This document shows, one piece after another, positions 59,711 through 64,000 of a stretch of 64,000 nt of DNA. Below the pieces are notes generated by a model. It worked only from the letters and a program-made list of their open reading frames with translations. It made no database searches and was not told where the DNA came from. The first letter of the stretch is position 1. The number at the start of each line of letters is the position of its first letter. Origin of the DNA: Candidatus Latescibacterota bacterium. GTDB taxonomy: Bacteria > Latescibacterota > UBA2968 > UBA8231. The stretch covers positions 4,384,001 to 4,448,000 of the forward strand of contig OZ242318.1 of the NCBI GenBank assembly GCA_965208105.1. Reading direction: 5' to 3'. Both the position numbers and the translations under genes were made by a program.

Positions 59711-60340
59711 CTAGAACTTCTCGTACCAGGGCCGCATCTTCTCAACCAGCTCGTGGTAGCGCTCCACAGCCGCCTGTACTCCTGCCTCCACGGTTGCGGC
59801 CGTCTCCTCGGCGCTTTGTGCATTTGAGTTGGCCATCTCGAAATTTTCCTCGGAAACGGCTGCACTGGCCGCATTGAGATCGGCGTCGGCAGCGCCGAGG
59901 TCCGCGCGCAACTGCTCGATGTCCCCCTCGGTTCCTTTTCCGGCCGGCGCCGCCTCGAGACTGTCCCAGGCCCTCTGAAGCGCTGCCTTGGCCGCGTCAA
60001 TGGCCGCTTCTGCCTCCTGCCTGGCCGCCTCCTTGGCTGCCGTTGCCGCAGACTGGGCCTCCTGGGCTTTGGCCGAGGCATCGCTGATCATGATCTTGAC
60101 CTCGTCAAAGTTCTTGAAAAGTTTCTGATCTTCGGCCTCCATTGCCGTTTTGGCCTCGTCGTAGGCACTCTGGGCAGCCCCCAACTGGTTGGAGGCGAAT
60201 TTCTCGGCGCCGGCATTTCGCGCACCGTCCAGGGCCTGCATGGCCGCGTCCAACTCTTCGATGGGAGGGAGGCCGCCACAGCTCAGGATCAGGGAAGTGC
60301 TGGCAATCGCGAGAAGTAGGGGAAGGATCGAGATTTTCAT
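59711..60340 (-). CDS. Helical lipoprotein (DUF4398-like)
   Basis: Lipobox LILSC, AGAEKFA, Ala-rich coiled coils. Confidence 0.75.
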   Translation of the reverse strand: MKISILPLLLAIASTSLILSCGGLPPIEELDAAMQALDGARNAGAEKFASNQLGAAQSAYDEAKTAMEAEDQKLFKNFDEVKIMISDASAKAQEAQSAATAAKEAARQEAEAAIDAAKAALQRAWDSLEAAPAGKGTEGDIEQLRADLGAADADLNAASAAVSEENFEMANSNAQSAEETAATVEAGVQAAVERYHELVEKMRPWYEKF

Positions 60341-60524
60341 TCTTAGCCTCCGCGCTGGTAAAGGGCTTTGCAAACAACAGCCTGATTCTATTGGTTCGAC
60401 ACTGGAATCGGGTCGTGATTTCGAGTTATATTCGAGTTATAAGTTAAGTTAAAACAATCTAAAATACGAAAATAGACTTGTCAAGCGAAAACTCGATGAG
60501 CGGAGGACGAGGGCACGCCCGCGA

Positions 60525-60719
60525 TCAGTATTCCTCGGGGTCGCCGTAGTCGCTGTCTTCCTCGCCGGGATCTTCGTAGATCCAGCCGCATTCCCGGCAG
60601 AGAGGAGACTCGGGATCTCTGGCCGCGCTGCATTCTGGACACCGCTCTCCGCCCCGGCGCAGAAACCTCAGGATGACCACCACAATAATAAGGGCTGCAA
60701 AAATCAGCGACCAGACCAT
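60525..60719 (-). CDS. Small membrane-anchored zinc-ribbon protein
   Basis: N-terminal TM helix, CPEC...CRECG. Confidence 0.65.
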   Translation of the reverse strand: MVWSLIFAALIIVVVILRFLRRGGERCPECSAARDPESPLCRECGWIYEDPGEEDSDYGDPEEY

Positions 60720-60730
60720 TTAGCGATACT

Positions 60731-61567
60731 TCAGCCTTGCAGTTTGCGCAGTTGCCGGCGCCGACCCCAGCGGCTGCGGCTGCTGCGCCTCCGCCCAAGG
60801 GCGGGACGAATCTGCCCTTCCCGCTCGAGATCGCCGATAACCTGGTTAAGGAGGTCGGGATAGTTGGTTATGATTCCCTGAATGCCCATGAGCGCCAGAT
60901 CCCGCATGATGATCTCCTGGTCCACGGTCCATGCCCACACCGCGATGCCGCGCTTGCGCATCTCTTCGAGGAGAGGGGGAGTCAGGGTCGCGTGCCAGAT
61001 GGACAGGGCGTTGGCTCCCGCCAGGAGAACCTGTTTCACCAGTCTGCGGGCTCGTACCCGAGATGGGGTTGTGGGCAGCTTGCCGACCAGCAAGGCGGTG
61101 GGTATGCCCGGATCGAGCAGCCTGGTTCGCTGTACGTTCTGGGGGTTGAAGGACTGGATGATCACCTGGCTCGTCGCGCCCATGCTGTCGACGATGTGGA
61201 GAATGCGCTCGGCGATGAAATCCGCCTTGACCTCGATGAGCACCAGGGCCCGATGTCGCGCCAGTTCGAGCACCTCCTGCAAGGTGGGCACGCGCTCGCC
61301 TCTGAAATCATCGGCGAACCACGAACCTGCATCGACCCGGCGAATCTGGTCGAGCGACTGATCCCGCACCGACCCCCGGCCGTCGGTGGTGCGGTCCAGG
61401 GTCGAATCGTGCACCGCCACGATCTGCCCGTCCACGGTGGCGTGGACGTCGACCTCCAGGATGTCCACCCCGATCTCGATGGCCCGTTCGAAAGCGGCCA
61501 GGGTATTCTCGGGTGCCAGCCCAGCTCCGGATGCTCCGCGGTGTGCAATGCGTAGGGGAGGGATCAT
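60731..61567 (-). CDS. Glycerophosphodiester phosphodiesterase
   Basis: IAHRGAS, PENTLAAF, EVDVH, HDSTLDRTT, GIITNYP. Confidence 0.92.
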   Translation of the reverse strand: MIPPLRIAHRGASGAGLAPENTLAAFERAIEIGVDILEVDVHATVDGQIVAVHDSTLDRTTDGRGSVRDQSLDQIRRVDAGSWFADDFRGERVPTLQEVLELARHRALVLIEVKADFIAERILHIVDSMGATSQVIIQSFNPQNVQRTRLLDPGIPTALLVGKLPTTPSRVRARRLVKQVLLAGANALSIWHATLTPPLLEEMRKRGIAVWAWTVDQEIIMRDLALMGIQGIITNYPDLLNQVIGDLEREGQIRPALGRRRSSRSRWGRRRQLRKLQG

Positions 61568-61590
61568 ATGCTCGCTCCACGGTGTAGCTG

Positions 61591-62814
61591 TCAGGCGCCG
61601 AATTTGTCGAGCCGGCAGGCATGTGCAAGGGCCAGGGCCATCAGGGCCGTTGCCGGGATCGTTCCCAGGCTCCCTCCGCGGCAGCCGCGCTCGGAGAAAC
61701 GCGAGGCCGCATCCGCGATTACCCATGGACTGGAAAGCAGGCAGGGCACCGGATGCCAACTGTGCGCCCCCATGGTGGAGGGAGTGGAATGGTCTCCCGT
61801 GACTATCAGCACGTCCGCCTTCAGCTCCAGCAACCTGGGGATGAAGGCGTCTACTTCCTGGAGTAAATCCACCTTCTTGTCGAAGGCGCGGTCCTCGCCC
61901 GCACTGTCGGTTTTCTTGAAGTGCAGGTAAGCGAAATCGTAGGCGGGGAAGTGCTCTTTCAGAACCCGGCAGGCGGACTCCAGATCAGGTCCGGCATCCA
62001 CCGCGTCCATCCCCGCCGCCGCCGCAACGCCGCGGTACATGGGATACCCCGCCAGGGCCAGTGCCCTGAGACCGTAGACGTCGGCCATGCTGGGCACCTG
62101 CGGATAGCATCCGAATCCGCGGACCAGCACCATGTTCGCCGGCTTCTCGGGAGCCAGCAGGTCCCGGGCCTGGCGCAGAAACTCGCCGGCCACCTGGACC
62201 ATGCGCAGGGACCCTGGCCCGCGCGCTTCCAGCGGCCGCGGAGGAACCCCCGTTGCCTGCGGGTCCGAGTCCGTGACCCCATCCTCCAGCCCCTCTCCGC
62301 GAAAGATCGCGCAGGCCCTGTGCTCCTTCTCCGCCCGGACGCAGATTTCAATTCCCGGTATGCGGACCTGCTCCAGAATCGAGCAGAGTCGGCGGGATGT
62401 GCCGGTGGGTATGCGCCCCGCGCGGCGGTCGGCGATCCGGCCTTCGCGGTCCACGGTGCAGAAATTGAGGCGCGCCGCCACGTCCCCGGCCCGAAAGTCG
62501 AGGCCCAATCCCAGGGCGGAAAGGGCGCCCCGCCCGATCCTGTAGCGCCAGGGATCGTAGCCGAAAAGCGCCAGGTGCGCCGGACCGCTCCCGGGGGTGA
62601 TGCCCGGACCTGATGGAGATATCAAGCCACAATCGGCGCTGGAGGCCAGGGCGTCAAGGTTGGGCAGGACCGCGGTTTCCAGCTCGCTCTTGCCCGTCCT
62701 GGGATGGGGCAGTCCTCCCAGGCCATCGATGACGGCCAGCAGAATCTTGGTATCGCTGTCGGCGATGAAGAGATCCGGAGTATAGTCCGAGCTGATCACG
62801 GCCTGCTCTCTCAT
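61591..62814 (-). CDS. apgM: 2,3-bisphosphoglycerate-independent phosphoglycerate mutase (archaeal ApgM type)
   Basis: IDGLGG, TPGSGPAHLALFGY, KKTDSAGED, TGDHSTP, HSWHPVP. Confidence 0.9.
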   Translation of the reverse strand: MREQAVISSDYTPDLFIADSDTKILLAVIDGLGGLPHPRTGKSELETAVLPNLDALASSADCGLISPSGPGITPGSGPAHLALFGYDPWRYRIGRGALSALGLGLDFRAGDVAARLNFCTVDREGRIADRRAGRIPTGTSRRLCSILEQVRIPGIEICVRAEKEHRACAIFRGEGLEDGVTDSDPQATGVPPRPLEARGPGSLRMVQVAGEFLRQARDLLAPEKPANMVLVRGFGCYPQVPSMADVYGLRALALAGYPMYRGVAAAAGMDAVDAGPDLESACRVLKEHFPAYDFAYLHFKKTDSAGEDRAFDKKVDLLQEVDAFIPRLLELKADVLIVTGDHSTPSTMGAHSWHPVPCLLSSPWVIADAASRFSERGCRGGSLGTIPATALMALALAHACRLDKFGA

Positions 62815-64000
62815 GCCTGGTCGCGGATATCGCGCAACACCATCTGGACGGCATCGTTGCCGGCATAGGAATCTACCTGCAGTTCGAAGGCTGCGGTGAT
62901 TTGCTGTCCGGGGCGCACCTGCGCGGCTTCCTCACCCTGGTTCCACCACAGCGCGCTGCGGCTCTTGCCTCCCACCTTCAACTCCATTTTCAGATGGCTG
63001 CCCTGGCGGCCGATGCGGCTGCAGGAGACCACCTCGCAATCTCTGGCGCCGAAGACCGGAGCCTGGTGACCGCTGCCGAAGGGTTCGAGAGGGGACAGCG
63101 CTTCGAGGGTTTGGCGGCAAATGTCGTCGGGTCGGAGCATGAGGTCGATCTGCAGCCGAGGCTGCAGGTCAGGGTCGGAGATGTGAGCATTGGCGTGGTC
63201 TCTCAGGGCGACGCAAAAGGCTTCATACGACTCCGCCTGCATGGTGAATCCAGCCGCCTGCCTGTGCCCCCCGAAGACGGTCAGGTGCTCGGCGCAGGAG
63301 CTGATCCCGGCGCTGATGTCGTACGCCGGAATGCTGCGTGCGGACCCCGAATAGGTGCCGTCGCCGCGGGCTTCGGTGCATACGGCCACGGGTCGGCTGT
63401 AGGTGTCGGCCAGTTTGCCCGCCAGCAATCCGACGATCCCCAGATGCCAGGTTTCTCCCAGCAGGATGAGGATGCGGTCCTGCTCCAGGTCGTCCGGGGT
63501 GACCAGGGTGCGGGCGTCCTTAAGGGCTTCCCTCTGCAGCTGCTGGCGCTGGCTGTTGAGGGCGTTGAGCTCTTCGGCAAGGACGGCCGCCTCTCCCTCT
63601 TCGCCGGTCCGGAGAAGCTTCAGGGCAAGGTCGGGCGAAGCGAGGCGGCCGGCCACGTTGATTCTCGGACCCAGACGGAATCCCATGGCCTCCGTCGTGA
63701 TGGGCTTGCCCGCGCATCCCGAGATGGCCTTCAGCTGGCGCAGCCCGGGACGCCGGGTGCGCTCGAGGACCTCGATGCCGCGGCGGATGAAGACGCGGTT
63801 CTCTCCCAGCACGGGCACCATGTCGGCTACCGTGCCAAGGGCCACCAGGTCCAGCAGGTCGTTGAGGTAGCGCGTCCTTTCCTGGCCAGCGAGGAAAAGC
63901 CGGCTCAGGGCCTGCACGAGCTTGAAGGTCACACCCACTCCCGCCAGTCCTTTGAATGGGTAGGGGCAGTCGAGGCGGTTGGGATTGATGATACTGTGGG
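62811..64000 (-). CDS. recJ: Single-stranded DNA exonuclease RecJ (5' part outside the window)
   Basis: INPNR...YPFKGLAGVGV, LGTVADMVP..GENR, PRINVAGR, GSARS, GGHRQAAG. Confidence 0.95.
   Translation of the reverse strand, partial: HSIINPNRLDCPYPFKGLAGVGVTFKLVQALSRLFLAGQERTRYLNDLLDLVALGTVADMVPVLGENRVFIRRGIEVLERTRRPGLRQLKAISGCAGKPITTEAMGFRLGPRINVAGRLASPDLALKLLRTGEEGEAAVLAEELNALNSQRQQLQREALKDARTLVTPDDLEQDRILILLGETWHLGIVGLLAGKLADTYSRPVAVCTEARGDGTYSGSARSIPAYDISAGISSCAEHLTVFGGHRQAAGFTMQAESYEAFCVALRDHANAHISDPDLQPRLQIDLMLRPDDICRQTLEALSPLEPFGSGHQAPVFGARDCEVVSCSRIGRQGSHLKMELKVGGKSRSALWWNQGEEAAQVRPGQQITAAFELQVDSYAGNDAVQMVLRDIRDQA

Overview
GC-rich bacterial chromosome segment. The gene families (FlgD-Ig/EF-hand C-terminal sorting cassette, WD40 proteins, PhyH, GHL6/GHL10-type hydrolases) suggest a Latescibacterota/Poribacteria-like FCB-group organism; this is an inference. 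About 1-15 kb is an accessory catabolic island: intact enzyme genes are separated by a patchwork of gene fragments, including an IS91-type transposase piece and a group II intron 3' end. About 15-37 kb and 42-64 kb are mostly metabolic and housekeeping genes (fbaB, gdhA, pntAA/AB/B, ahcY, eda, msrB, MrfA-like helicase-exonuclease fusion, galE, purL, hisI, mmsA, purA, L,D-transpeptidase, apgM, recJ). At 37.5-42.2 kb lies a triply frameshifted giant metzincin-WD40-Ig surface protein, followed by a CTAG-flanked MITE. The most notable item is at 48.2-53.8 kb. Two track ORFs there are one gene read through an in-frame TGA in a U-S-T-C motif with a SECIS-like hairpin (UGSC-type selenoprotein). It lies in a tightly coupled operon with a LysR regulator, an SDR, a Zn-thiol-activating MetE-like enzyme and an uncharacterised Cys/His-rich protein. 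No rRNA, tRNA or CRISPR array was seen.
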